IMG/VR virus record: IMGVR_UViG_3300034019_000896 | Location: 1-37,623 of that record | Direction: 5' to 3' (one strand) | From: a virus | Taxonomy: Duplodnaviria; Caudoviricetes | Length of the DNA: 37,623 nucleotides | Part shown: piece after piece, positions 15,491-23,593 of the stretch | Layout: each line of letters starts with the position of its first letter | Numbering within the stretch: the stretch's first letter is position 1 | Made by a program: the position numbers and the translations under genes | Notes under the pieces: generated by a model | What the model saw: only the letters and a program-made list of their open reading frames with translations | Databases searched by the model: none | Told to the model about the DNA's origin: nothing

Positions 15491-16117
15491 ATGGAAACAC
15501 CGTTCGACTCGCCGCCGGCCGCAGCGCCCGCGGCACAACTGCACGCCGCGATGGCGCGCGCGTTCGCGCAGATCGAAGGCGCGGTGAAAGGCAAAACCAA
15601 CCCCGCATTCCGCTCGAAGTACGCCGACCTGGCCGCGGTGGTCGATGCCATCAAGCCCGCGCTGTGCGAGCACGGGCTGTGGTTCCTGCAGCGCACCAGC
15701 CGCGCGGATGGCGGGGTGTGCGTCGAAACCGTCATCCTGCACGCCAGCGGCGAGTCGATGTCGTGCGGCACGCTCTACATGCCAGCGACGAAACAGGACG
15801 CACAGGGCTACGGCTCCGCGCTCACATACGCGCGCCGGTACAGTCTGATGGCGGCGTTCGGCGTGCCAGCCGAGGACGACGACGGCAACGCGGCGGCGGG
15901 CCGTGGCAACGGCCGCCAGGACGCGCCAGAGCCGCCCGCGGCGGGTGAGACGGACGAGATGCTGTCCGCGCTGCGGGAAGCCGCTACGCAGGGTTCTGCG
16001 GCCTTGCAGCGGGTGTTCGCCGCGCTGCCCAACGGCGCAGCCAAGCGCGCGGTGTGGGACACGCACGCCGCGTCGCTTAAGGCTGCGGCTGCGAAGGCTG
16101 ACAAGGTGGCGGCGTGA
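15491..16117 (+). CDS. erf: ERF-family single-strand annealing protein
   Basis: NPAFRSKYADL, LHASGE, QGYGSALTYARRYSL...EDDDGNAA. Confidence 0.95.
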   Translation: METPFDSPPAAAPAAQLHAAMARAFAQIEGAVKGKTNPAFRSKYADLAAVVDAIKPALCEHGLWFLQRTSRADGGVCVETVILHASGESMSCGTLYMPATKQDAQGYGSALTYARRYSLMAAFGVPAEDDDGNAAAGRGNGRQDAPEPPAAGETDEMLSALREAATQGSAALQRVFAALPNGAAKRAVWDTHAASLKAAAAKADKVAA

Positions 16118-16740
16118 ACGCCAACGAGAAAGCCGCGTGGCTGTCGGCGCGCTGCGGGCGGCTGTCCGCGTCTCGGATGGCCGATGCTATGGACCGACTC
16201 AAAAACGGCAAGCCCGGCACGCGGCGGGCTGCGCTGCTCAAGGAGCTGTGCGCCGAACGCATGACCGGCGACAGCGTGCCGCACTACGTGGACGCGCGCA
16301 TGCAGCGCGGGCTTGACCTGGAGCCCGAGGGCAAAGGTGAGTACGAAATGCGCACGGGCCGCCTGCTGCAGCCCGTCGGGTTTGTGACGCACCCGGATAT
16401 CCCGGACTTCGGCGCCACGTCCGACGCGCTGGTGACGCTGCCGCACGGCGTGGCGACCTGGGAAATGAAAGCGCCAGATACCGTGCGGCACATCGAATAC
16501 ATCCTGGCCGGCCAGCAGGTGCCCGAGCAGTACCAGCCACAAGTGGTCGCGCAATGCGCGGTGCACCGGCTGCGGCACGTCGTGTTCGTCAGTTATGACC
16601 CGCGCGTCCTGAATCCCGCCAAGCGCATGCACATCGTCGAGTGGGAAGTGCCAGCGGAGCGCATCGAAGAAGTTGAAGCAGCGGCCCGCGAGTTCCTCGC
16701 GGAACTGGAAGCGTTGTTTGACGCCGTTGCGACGGCATAG
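16114..16740 (+). CDS. YqaJ/lambda-type exonuclease
   Basis: W..ARCG.LSAS, MQRG.DLEP, GATSDAL, EMKAP, Y.PQV..Q, FVSYDPR. Confidence 0.93.
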   Translation: MNANEKAAWLSARCGRLSASRMADAMDRLKNGKPGTRRAALLKELCAERMTGDSVPHYVDARMQRGLDLEPEGKGEYEMRTGRLLQPVGFVTHPDIPDFGATSDALVTLPHGVATWEMKAPDTVRHIEYILAGQQVPEQYQPQVVAQCAVHRLRHVVFVSYDPRVLNPAKRMHIVEWEVPAERIEEVEAAAREFLAELEALFDAVATA

Positions 16741-16748
16741 GAACTGGC

Positions 16749-16991
16749 ATGGACTTCGACAACACCAACCGCGGCGCGCTGTTCAGGAACGCCCGCCGCG
16801 AGTCGGAAAAACACCCCGACTACCGCGGCACGCTCAACGTCGGCGGTACGGACTACTGGCTGTCCGCGTGGCTGAAGATCAGCAAGACAGGCGAGAAGTA
16901 CTTAAGCGTGTCGGTGCAGGCGAAAGACGACGCGCAGCCCGCCAAGCCCTCGCGCGAGCCCGGTAGCGACGACGACGCGATTCCGTTTTAG
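16749..16991 (+). CDS. Small ssDNA-binding protein
   Basis: GALFRN...KHPDYRG...YWLSAW...KYLS; SSB-type acidic tail DDDAIPF. Confidence 0.75.
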   Translation: MDFDNTNRGALFRNARRESEKHPDYRGTLNVGGTDYWLSAWLKISKTGEKYLSVSVQAKDDAQPAKPSREPGSDDDAIPF

Positions 16992-17013
16992 CCCCGAGCG
17001 CGGGCCGGCGGCC

Positions 17014-17664
17014 ATGCCGAACACATCCCGCCGCGATGCGCCCGCGGCGGGGCCGCGAGAAGTGATGCTTCATACGACATTTGCGCTGCTGCGCAAGCAG
17101 GGCGCCTGCGAGTCGGGGTATCGAAAGCTCGCCAAGCGTCTTGGCGGCGTCCGCACCTACGGTCGCAACCAACTGATCCCGCTGTCGGTCGTACTCGACT
17201 CTAACGGGATCAGCTATGCCATATGGTGTCTGGGTTCGACGACGGAGCCTTGCGATCGGTTCGCGCGGCTGCTTGCGGTGAACTTCGTGCGGCAAGTGCT
17301 GCACCTGATGACCGACCCCCGATCACTCGCCGCGCTGGACGCGGCAGAGCGGCGTGCGTGGGGTAAGGCAACCGATAAGGAAATCATGACTACACGGGTA
17401 GCTGCGTCGGATGCGGCGCGGGGCAGCGGGCGGTACTCTGCGGAAGCTGTTGCTGCGTGGGCCGCTGTGGCGACCTGTACGCTGGGCGATGCGTCGAAGG
17501 CTGCGCGGATCGCTGCATCGTGCGCCGCCTGGGCCGCCGCGAACGCTGCCGCACGGGCCGCCGCGAAGGACGCCGCGTGGGCCGCCGCGTGGGTCGCTGC
17601 GAGGGACGCTGCGAGGGACGCCCAGGCCGACATCCTGCGCGAGATGCTGGGGAATGAGCGATGA
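17014..17664 (+). CDS. Hypothetical protein with Ala-rich AAWAAA repeats (start may be 17065)
   Basis: TT...LR..GAC..GY.KL...LG, DPRS..A..A.ER, Ala/Trp repeat tail. Confidence 0.7.
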   Translation: MPNTSRRDAPAAGPREVMLHTTFALLRKQGACESGYRKLAKRLGGVRTYGRNQLIPLSVVLDSNGISYAIWCLGSTTEPCDRFARLLAVNFVRQVLHLMTDPRSLAALDAAERRAWGKATDKEIMTTRVAASDAARGSGRYSAEAVAAWAAVATCTLGDASKAARIAASCAAWAAANAAARAAAKDAAWAAAWVAARDAARDAQADILREMLGNER

Positions 17665-17951
17665 GCGGCGGGGCGATGAACTATCTGTACCGCCGGCTGG
17701 AGGACGCAATTTTCGACACCAGCACCGCCGAGCGTCGGGCGTTCCGAGAGCATCTGTCGAAGGTCGCCAAGGCGCTGCACGACATCGAGTGGGTCGACTC
17801 GGGCGACAGTGTGCCGGGCGATGAGAACGCTGCGATCCGGGCGTGCGTCGGCGATGCGGCCGTGCTGGAGGCCGCCATCGACCGGGCGCATGAGGCGCAC
17901 CGAGATCTGACTCAAGAGCTGGAGCGGGCGTGCCGGGGGCGGCCGACGTGA
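17661..17951 (+). CDS. Hypothetical phage protein
   Basis: MSGGAMNYLY...LHDIEW.DSGD; ATGA overlap. Confidence 0.75.
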   Translation: MSGGAMNYLYRRLEDAIFDTSTAERRAFREHLSKVAKALHDIEWVDSGDSVPGDENAAIRACVGDAAVLEAAIDRAHEAHRDLTQELERACRGRPT

Positions 17952-18025
17952 TCCTGACCACCGCCGACCTCGCCGCCCTCACCGCGCGGAAGCGGCCGAG
18001 CGCGCAGCGGAGGGTGCTGGCGTGA
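17948..18025 (+). pseudogene. Truncated DUF4224-like excisionase remnant (25 aa)
   Basis: MILTTADLAALTARKRPSAQRRVLA matches the N-terminal LT..EL..LTG.KR...Q...L pattern of DUF4224. Confidence 0.6.
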
Positions 18026-18252
18026 GTTTGCCCGGCGAGGTGCTGACGCTGGACGAACTGCGCGCGGCCAGCGGATACCGGCAGAGCGCGGCCATCCGGC
18101 GCTGGCTGGACGCCGAGGGCGTACCGTATTTGACCTCGCGCACCGGCCTGCCGCTCGTGCGCCGCGACGATCTGCGCGGCCGTGGCGTCGCCGCGGTGCG
18201 CCTCAACCTCGGAGCCCTTGATGGCACCCGCCGGAAGACCGCGACGGCCTGA
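18022..18252 (+). CDS. DUF4224-like excisionase
   Basis: LTLDELRAASGYRQSAAIRRWL..EGVPY.....G.P.V; overlaps the int start. Confidence 0.75.
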   Translation: MSLPGEVLTLDELRAASGYRQSAAIRRWLDAEGVPYLTSRTGLPLVRRDDLRGRGVAAVRLNLGALDGTRRKTATA

Positions 18253-19252
18253 CCGCCGCAACCTGCCGCCGGGTGTGTACGCTCGCACCCGCAACGGCAC
18301 CACGCGCTACTACGACGCTCAAGGGCGGGCGCTGGGCACGGACCTGCGTCGCGCCGCCCTCACGATCGCCCAGCGCGCGTCCGACGATGCGCAGGCCGCC
18401 ACCGCCACATGGAGCGCCGCCAGCACGCAGTACCGCACGCACATCGACGCGCAGCACCTGGCCGGCGCCCTCTCGGACGAAACCGTCAAGGCGTACCGCA
18501 AGCACCTGACGCGCTGGGACGAGACACTGGGCGGCACGCGGCTGGACGCGCTGCGGCCGATGCACGTGCGGATGATGCTCTCGCGTATGGACGACCGCCC
18601 GCACTGGCAGCAGGCGATGCTGGGCACGCTGCGCCGCGTGTGGGCGCGCGCGATCCATGTTGGCCTGACCGAGCGCACCGACCCGTCGGCCGGCGTGTCG
18701 CTTGGCAAGCTGCCCGCGCGCACCGTGCTCGTGACCGACGAGATGCTGATGGCGGTAGCCGCCCACGGCGATCAGGTCGTGCGCGACTGGTGCCGGCTCG
18801 CGGTGGTGTGCGGCCAGCGCGTGTCCGACGTGCTGCGCCTGACCCGCGCGCACATCATCGGCGACGAGCTGCGGCCGCCGAACACCAAGACGGGCCGGCG
18901 CGTGCGCATCGCGATCGAGGGCGACCTGCGCGCGGTTCTGGACGAACTGACGACGCGCCCGCGCCGCGTGTCCGGGCCGCACCTGATCCAGACCGAGGAC
19001 GGGCGGCCGCTGACGTACAGCGCCTTCGCGCAGCGGTTCGACCGCGCGGCCCGTGCGGCGCGCGAGGCGGACCCGTCGCTCCCACGGTTCCAGCGCCGGG
19101 ACGTGCGCGCGAAGTCGGCCACCGACGAGCCCGCGGACGCGCAGGCGAGGCTCGGGCACACCAGCGCGGCCATGACCCGCCGGCACTACATCCGCGACCC
19201 GTGGGCGGACGTGCCGCTGGCTCGGCCGGGGCGGCTGCCGAGGGTCGGGTGA
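18221..19252 (+). CDS. int: Tyrosine integrase
   Basis: LPPGVY arm-binding N-terminus; GQRVSDV (Arg I), KTG, RRDVRAKSATD, LGHTS..MT.RHY. Confidence 0.95.
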   Translation: MAPAGRPRRPDRRNLPPGVYARTRNGTTRYYDAQGRALGTDLRRAALTIAQRASDDAQAATATWSAASTQYRTHIDAQHLAGALSDETVKAYRKHLTRWDETLGGTRLDALRPMHVRMMLSRMDDRPHWQQAMLGTLRRVWARAIHVGLTERTDPSAGVSLGKLPARTVLVTDEMLMAVAAHGDQVVRDWCRLAVVCGQRVSDVLRLTRAHIIGDELRPPNTKTGRRVRIAIEGDLRAVLDELTTRPRRVSGPHLIQTEDGRPLTYSAFAQRFDRAARAAREADPSLPRFQRRDVRAKSATDEPADAQARLGHTSAAMTRRHYIRDPWADVPLARPGRLPRVG

Positions 19253-19414
19253 CGCGGACCAAAATTGCTCACGCCGCAGGCAGGGTGCGGACCGAAATTC
19301 CGCCGCAGAACCGCACGAATGCTGGACCGATACCCTGGTGTATTTTCGGCCGGCGCCGGGGCGAATCGCCTGTCGGATCAGTCGCTTAGGGTCTAGCGCT
19401 CAGGTGATGGAGGC

Positions 19415-19576
19415 TTATCTAGGCCGCCCCGGAAACCCGCATGGCTGCGCGGTGCGCGGGTGTCCGGTCCAAGGCTGACCAGAATTCGCCGCGCGGCGAA
19501 TCCAGATCGGCGGGTCGGACGCCGCTGCCGGCACCCCGGCTAGTGTGGCGGCGAGGGCGAGGGCAGCGAGTCGCAT
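19415..19576 (-). CDS. 53-aa ORF with signal-peptide-like N-terminus
   Basis: AGGAGG-N5-ATG; MRLAALALAATLAGVPAAASDPPIW... Confidence 0.4.
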   Translation of the reverse strand: MRLAALALAATLAGVPAAASDPPIWIRRAANSGQPWTGHPRTAQPCGFPGRPR

Positions 19577-19586
19577 AGCGGCCTCC

Positions 19587-19626
19587 TATGGGCCTGTATG
19601 AGCCTGTATGAGCCCGTATGGGCTTG
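19587..19626. repeat. 4 x 10-bp tandem repeat TATGRGCYYG
   Basis: TATGGGCCTG TATGAGCCTG TATGAGCCCG TATGGGCTTG. Confidence 0.9.
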
Positions 19627-19647
19627 GGCGGCGTGTCATGGCGTGGG

Positions 19648-20646
19648 CTATTCGCGCCCGAGAATGGTTAAAACACCTTCTTCGCCAGGGAATACGACAT
19701 AGTTAGACGTGCCGCCGCCCGCGCTGCGTGACCCGCCGTCGAGATAGCGCACGCCAGGAACGCCGCGACTCCGCAAAAACTCAGCCGTTTGTGCTGGCGG
19801 GCGCCCTTGATTCAGGTGATAAAGCACCTGCGATGTCGCCAGGTCTTTAGTGTTGTAGAACTTTTCTAGCGCGGATACGTCGACAGCCTTGCGCACCGAT
19901 TCCGGCTGTTGGCTCCATGGCTTGTCCCAATCCAGCATCCGCGCAATGGCTTCGTCGGGGAGGTCGACTTTGTAAAGTGCGCCCATGTTTGGCGAGCCGT
20001 TTTCAAGCACTCGAATCACGTCATCGGCAAACTTTCGTGCATCCCCGGTCAGATTTGGCGTTATCTGCGAACGAGCGGCCTCTAACGCCTTTTCTGGCGT
20101 TTTGTACATTTTCAGCAAGTAGGCGGCCTGTCCATCCGCGCCCGCGCTGATCCCGGTCGTCAGCTTGTCTCGATAACTTCGCGCAACGTCCTTTGCATCG
20201 GCAAAGTACAGCCCATGCCCATACGCCTGCGCGCCCTCGCCTGTGCCGATTCTGCTGCTATCAAACTTGTCGAACTTGTGCGGCGACCCATGAAACACGA
20301 TCGCCCCAGCTTGGTTTCGGGTAGCGGTGTTCATCGGCGTCGGCGCGCGCAGGTTTTCCCCGGCCTGAAGCAGCCCTGCGGCAATCTGCGGCGCGCGGGC
20401 GGCCGTCACGATCGGCAGAACATTCCCGATCGTCTCGCCCAGCAAGCCCGCCTGGAAATTTCCCGGCTGGCGCATAAGCCCGCGGTCGCGCATCCACTGC
20501 GAGCCGCCAACGGGCGCGGCGGGCATAGGTAGGCCCGCGGCAAGTAGCCCCATGTTGATCAGATCAACCGGCCCGGCCACGACGCCGGCCGCGGCGTTGC
20601 TAGCCCCCTGCGCCGTATCGCGCAGCAGGCCGAGTAATCCGCTCAT
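19648..20646 (-). CDS. ART-PolyVal-type ADP-ribosyltransferase-fold protein
   Basis: FHGSPHKFDKFDSSRIGTGEGAQAYGHGLYF, LYKVDLPD, LDWDKP, GV.YLDGGSR, NYVVF. Confidence 0.8.
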   Translation of the reverse strand: MSGLLGLLRDTAQGASNAAAGVVAGPVDLINMGLLAAGLPMPAAPVGGSQWMRDRGLMRQPGNFQAGLLGETIGNVLPIVTAARAPQIAAGLLQAGENLRAPTPMNTATRNQAGAIVFHGSPHKFDKFDSSRIGTGEGAQAYGHGLYFADAKDVARSYRDKLTTGISAGADGQAAYLLKMYKTPEKALEAARSQITPNLTGDARKFADDVIRVLENGSPNMGALYKVDLPDEAIARMLDWDKPWSQQPESVRKAVDVSALEKFYNTKDLATSQVLYHLNQGRPPAQTAEFLRSRGVPGVRYLDGGSRSAGGGTSNYVVFPGEEGVLTILGRE

Positions 20647-20655
20647 GGTCTAGCC

Positions 20656-21102
20656 CTAGATAAGCGCGGCTTCCGCGGCCCGTCGCCGCTCGAGCCCGCG
20701 CAGCCGCTTGCCGGCGGCGAACACCCAGCGCATCAACTGCGCGGGCACGTCGTCCCACGCGCCCGCGTTGACCCGGCGGCGCAGGGTCGACGCCCGCAGC
20801 GCGCCCGTGCCGACGTTAAACGCGAAGTCGGTGATCGCCGCGAGCCTGCCAGGCGTGTCGACGCCGGGGCACAGCGCGACTACCTGCGGCATGTATTCGC
20901 GCTCGAGCGACAGCCGCAGCAGCGCCATCGCTTCCTCGCGCGTGATCGGCGGGTCGGACAGCCGCACGGCGCGGCCGTCGAGATAGCGGGTGGCGCCCAC
21001 GCCGATCGTCGCCACGCCCGCGGGGCATGCGTACGGGTGCAGGTACACGCCCTCAAACCGCACGCACAGCGCCTCGACAATCGGCAGCGCGTCGTCCGTC
21101 AT
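20656..21102 (-). CDS. Endolysin, GH24 lysozyme
   Basis: FEG....Y.CPAGV.TIG.G, FAFNVG.G....STL.R..NAG, RWV.A.GK.L.GL.RRR.AE; ATG at 21102. Confidence 0.95.
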   Translation of the reverse strand: MTDDALPIVEALCVRFEGVYLHPYACPAGVATIGVGATRYLDGRAVRLSDPPITREEAMALLRLSLEREYMPQVVALCPGVDTPGRLAAITDFAFNVGTGALRASTLRRRVNAGAWDDVPAQLMRWVFAAGKRLRGLERRRAAEAALI

Positions 21103-21566
21103 TTCCCGCGCTTGCTGAGGCTGCGGTCGGCGATGTACACGCCGATGATCGCGGACACGAGCGCCCACCCCTGCTCGTCGAGTGCGAACCCGCTGCGGGC
21201 GAAGTGCCCGGCGATGAGCAGCGCCGCCATCGTCGCCAGGCCGGGGCGGATGGCACCATTCCACGCATCCACCCAAGCCACGCCGACGCTGCGGCTGGTG
21301 GCGCGCACGGCTTCCACGAAGGCGTCCGTTTCCCCGCGGGCGATGTCCGCCTCGCCCTGCACGCGGACCACGGACACCTGCGCTTCCGTCTGCAGCCGCA
21401 CCATCTCGACTTGCTGGCCGTGGCGCTGCGCCTCGATCTGCGCCTGCGCCTGCAGCATGGCGAGCTCGTGCTTGTGTTCCTGGTGCTTCGTCCACGCGGC
21501 GGACAACTCGCCCCACACCATCCGGAACGCGGAGCCGCCCAGGAACGATAGCAGCGTCTCGATCAT
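21099..21566 (-). CDS. Holin-like membrane protein (3TM type)
   Basis: K.E.KHEL.M coiled segment, WVD..NG.IRP..., C-terminal TM ending in DRSL.KRGK; adjacent to the endolysin. Confidence 0.65.
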   Translation of the reverse strand: MIETLLSFLGGSAFRMVWGELSAAWTKHQEHKHELAMLQAQAQIEAQRHGQQVEMVRLQTEAQVSVVRVQGEADIARGETDAFVEAVRATSRSVGVAWVDAWNGAIRPGLATMAALLIAGHFARSGFALDEQGWALVSAIIGVYIADRSLSKRGK

Positions 21567-21628
21567 CGCAGCACCCACATGAGCATGGCCCGCGCGGCGA
21601 GCCAGAACCACAGGTCGATGAGGATCAT
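21563..21628 (-). CDS. 21-aa hydrophobic micropeptide
   Basis: MILIDLWFWLAARAMLMWVLR; ATGA overlap at both ends. Confidence 0.45.
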   Translation of the reverse strand: MILIDLWFWLAARAMLMWVLR

Positions 21629-21837
21629 TCGCCCGACTCCGTGTCGATGCGTTTGCTGGGCTGGCTGACGAGCCGCATCCAGCGGAACAGCAGGTAGGCG
21701 ATCTGCAACATTACGTAACCCAGCGTGACGATCAGCACCCAGTCGTGCAGCGTCACTCCCCCGGCTGTGACGCCTGCGGTAGCGACCGCAGGCGTGGCGC
21801 GCAGACTCTCGGCTGCGACTTCTTTGCGTTGGGACAT
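21625..21837 (-). CDS. Holin (class II, T7 gp17.5-like)
   Basis: GVTLHDWVLIVTLGYVMLQIAYLLFRW. Confidence 0.75.
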   Translation of the reverse strand: MSQRKEVAAESLRATPAVATAGVTAGGVTLHDWVLIVTLGYVMLQIAYLLFRWMRLVSQPSKRIDTESGE

Positions 21838-21876
21838 GGCGTTTCGTCCGCGGGCTAGGTGTGGCAGGATGCGGGC

Positions 21877-22047
21877 ATGGGAACATTGACGTTGGCACTG
21901 GTCTTGCGTCCGCTGATCGCACTAGTGCTGCTCGTGCTGATCGTGCGGCCGATCTGCTGGGCGATCTGGCGACTGCTCCCGGACGGGAAGGTTCGGCGCG
22001 TGTTGTTCCGGCCTATCGCGTGGCCTCGCCGAGCAGCCCGGAGGTGA
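21877..22047 (+). CDS. Counter-oriented small membrane protein
   Basis: MGTLTLALVLRPLIALVLLVLIVRPICWAIWRLLPDGKVRRVLF...; TG-G-CAGGAT extended -10-like box 6 nt before the ATG. Confidence 0.6.
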   Translation: MGTLTLALVLRPLIALVLLVLIVRPICWAIWRLLPDGKVRRVLFRPIAWPRRAARR

Positions 22048-23593
22048 TCAGCATCTGTCCCGTCGGACTGCCAAGCAGTCCGGCCGAGCCGCGCGTCAGC
22101 ATCCCCGGTCCATAGTTCGGCGCGTTGACCGCCATCCGCTGGAACGCTGGCGACAAGATGGTGGACCGCACCGCGGGGCGGCCCGCAATCATCGCCAGCG
22201 CCGCCGGGCTGCCAGTCACAGCACTTGCCATGCCGCCGACGCCATAGTCTAGCGGCGACACGCCCGGCATGCTGCTGGTGATGTCCTGCACTGCGCGCGG
22301 GAAGTTCTGCCCCATCGTCGCTACGGTCTTGAGATCGCCCGACAGCGGCTTGCCCTTCGCCAGTTGCTTGGCGAGTTCGCGAGCCGACACGCTGCCCGTG
22401 CCCTCGCGCAACGCCTTCTCGACGCTGTAGGTCTTGGCGATCGTGGTGCGCGCCTCGCGCAGCGCAGTGACGGCCTCCGGCGACCCGGTGGCGGTAGCGT
22501 GCCGCTCGAGCTGCGCCTCTAGTGCATCGGCCAATTGCCGCTGCGCACGCCCTAGCGCCTTCTCGGAGCCTTTCGCGAACGGCGCCAGATTGGCCTCGGC
22601 CTGCTCGCGCAGAACCTGGATCGCGTCCACCGCGCTGTTGGCGTTGAACCGTTCAACCTTGAACGACTCGACCAGTTCCGCCGCTTCCTTGCTGACGACC
22701 TTCGGAAAGTCCTTCGCGGCGCTGTTGAAGCGCGCGCCGATGTCGTCTACCGACTGCACAAACGCGCCGTCGGGCACAACCTCGCCAAGCCCGCGCACAG
22801 CCCCATAGGCGCCGGACGCCTGCCGGCGGATGCCCGCCAATGCCTCGCGCGTCAGCGGGGCGTCGTCTGCCAGTCCGAGCGCCTGCCGCACGAGCCCGTC
22901 GGTGACGGGCTGGTTTTTGATGGCAGCACCTTGCGCCGTCGAGATTTTGCCGGCGAATCCTTCCAGCATGCGGTTGGCGACCGTCGGGTTCGCCGATGCC
23001 GGCGGGATCGTGTACCCGGCCGCGCGACTGGCAGTGATCGCGGTGTCCCGCACCTCGTTTGCGGCGGTCTGCTTCGCCGCACTGGCTGCGGCGCGCCCGG
23101 CCACCCACTGCGCGATCTTGTCACCACCGACCTTCGCCGCCGCGCCGATGCCGCCGCCGATCGCCGTGTTCGCGGCCCGCTCCGCGGCAGAGTCAGCGGG
23201 CATCGCACCGCCCATGCCGGCGCCCACGAGCGCCTGCCCGAGCAGCGTGTTGCCGCCCGGCACCATCGTGGCGAGCACCGCGGGTGCGGCCGTACCGAGC
23301 ACGTCCCCGACCTTGCCGCCCACTGTGGAGCCGAACGCCTTGTCGGCCGCGGCCAATTCGTTGCGATCGGCCTGCGTGCCGCCGCCGAACATCTGGCGGA
23401 TGCCCAGCCCGTACCGCTGCGCCGCGGTGGCCGCACCGTCCAACACGTTGCCGGCAAAACTGTTACGGCGAGCCATCTCGGCGTAGGCGTTCTCCAGTCG
23501 CTGCTGCTCGTTCGGCATCGTGATAGCCGGCCCGTCCTCGATGACGAACCGCCCCTGCGTTGCCGGCGCGTCCTCAATCACGAAGCGACTCAT
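22013..23593 (-). CDS. Internal virion/DNA-ejection protein
   Basis: Ala/Gly-rich helical protein; duplicated N-terminal RFVIED motif; last of three large genes after the tail genes. Confidence 0.75.
   Translation of the reverse strand: MSRFVIEDAPATQGRFVIEDGPAITMPNEQQRLENAYAEMARRNSFAGNVLDGAATAAQRYGLGIRQMFGGGTQADRNELAAADKAFGSTVGGKVGDVLGTAAPAVLATMVPGGNTLLGQALVGAGMGGAMPADSAAERAANTAIGGGIGAAAKVGGDKIAQWVAGRAAASAAKQTAANEVRDTAITASRAAGYTIPPASANPTVANRMLEGFAGKISTAQGAAIKNQPVTDGLVRQALGLADDAPLTREALAGIRRQASGAYGAVRGLGEVVPDGAFVQSVDDIGARFNSAAKDFPKVVSKEAAELVESFKVERFNANSAVDAIQVLREQAEANLAPFAKGSEKALGRAQRQLADALEAQLERHATATGSPEAVTALREARTTIAKTYSVEKALREGTGSVSARELAKQLAKGKPLSGDLKTVATMGQNFPRAVQDITSSMPGVSPLDYGVGGMASAVTGSPAALAMIAGRPAVRSTILSPAFQRMAVNAPNYGPGMLTRGSAGLLGSPTGQMLITSGLLGEATR

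Larger units (their letters stand above)
19253..19647. other. attP region
   Basis: Directly after int; arm-like repeats GCGGACCAAAATT (19254), GCGGACCGAAATT (19287), GACCAGAATT (19477); IHF-like GATCAGTCGCTTA (19376); candidate core AGGTGA-TGGAGGC-TTATCT (19402-19420). Confidence 0.7.

Noticed and set aside
19085-19125. Integrase inactive because HxxR reads RDVR
   Set aside because: The RD(L/V)RAK variant is common in this integrase group and the other catalytic residues are present.
19253-19647. tRNA fragment as the att core
   Set aside because: No T-arm GTTCGA..CC or CCA-end pattern seen in this interval.
21005-21060. Lysozyme inactive because Asp is replaced by Cys
   Set aside because: E-x8-C-x5-T is a common functional GH24 variant.
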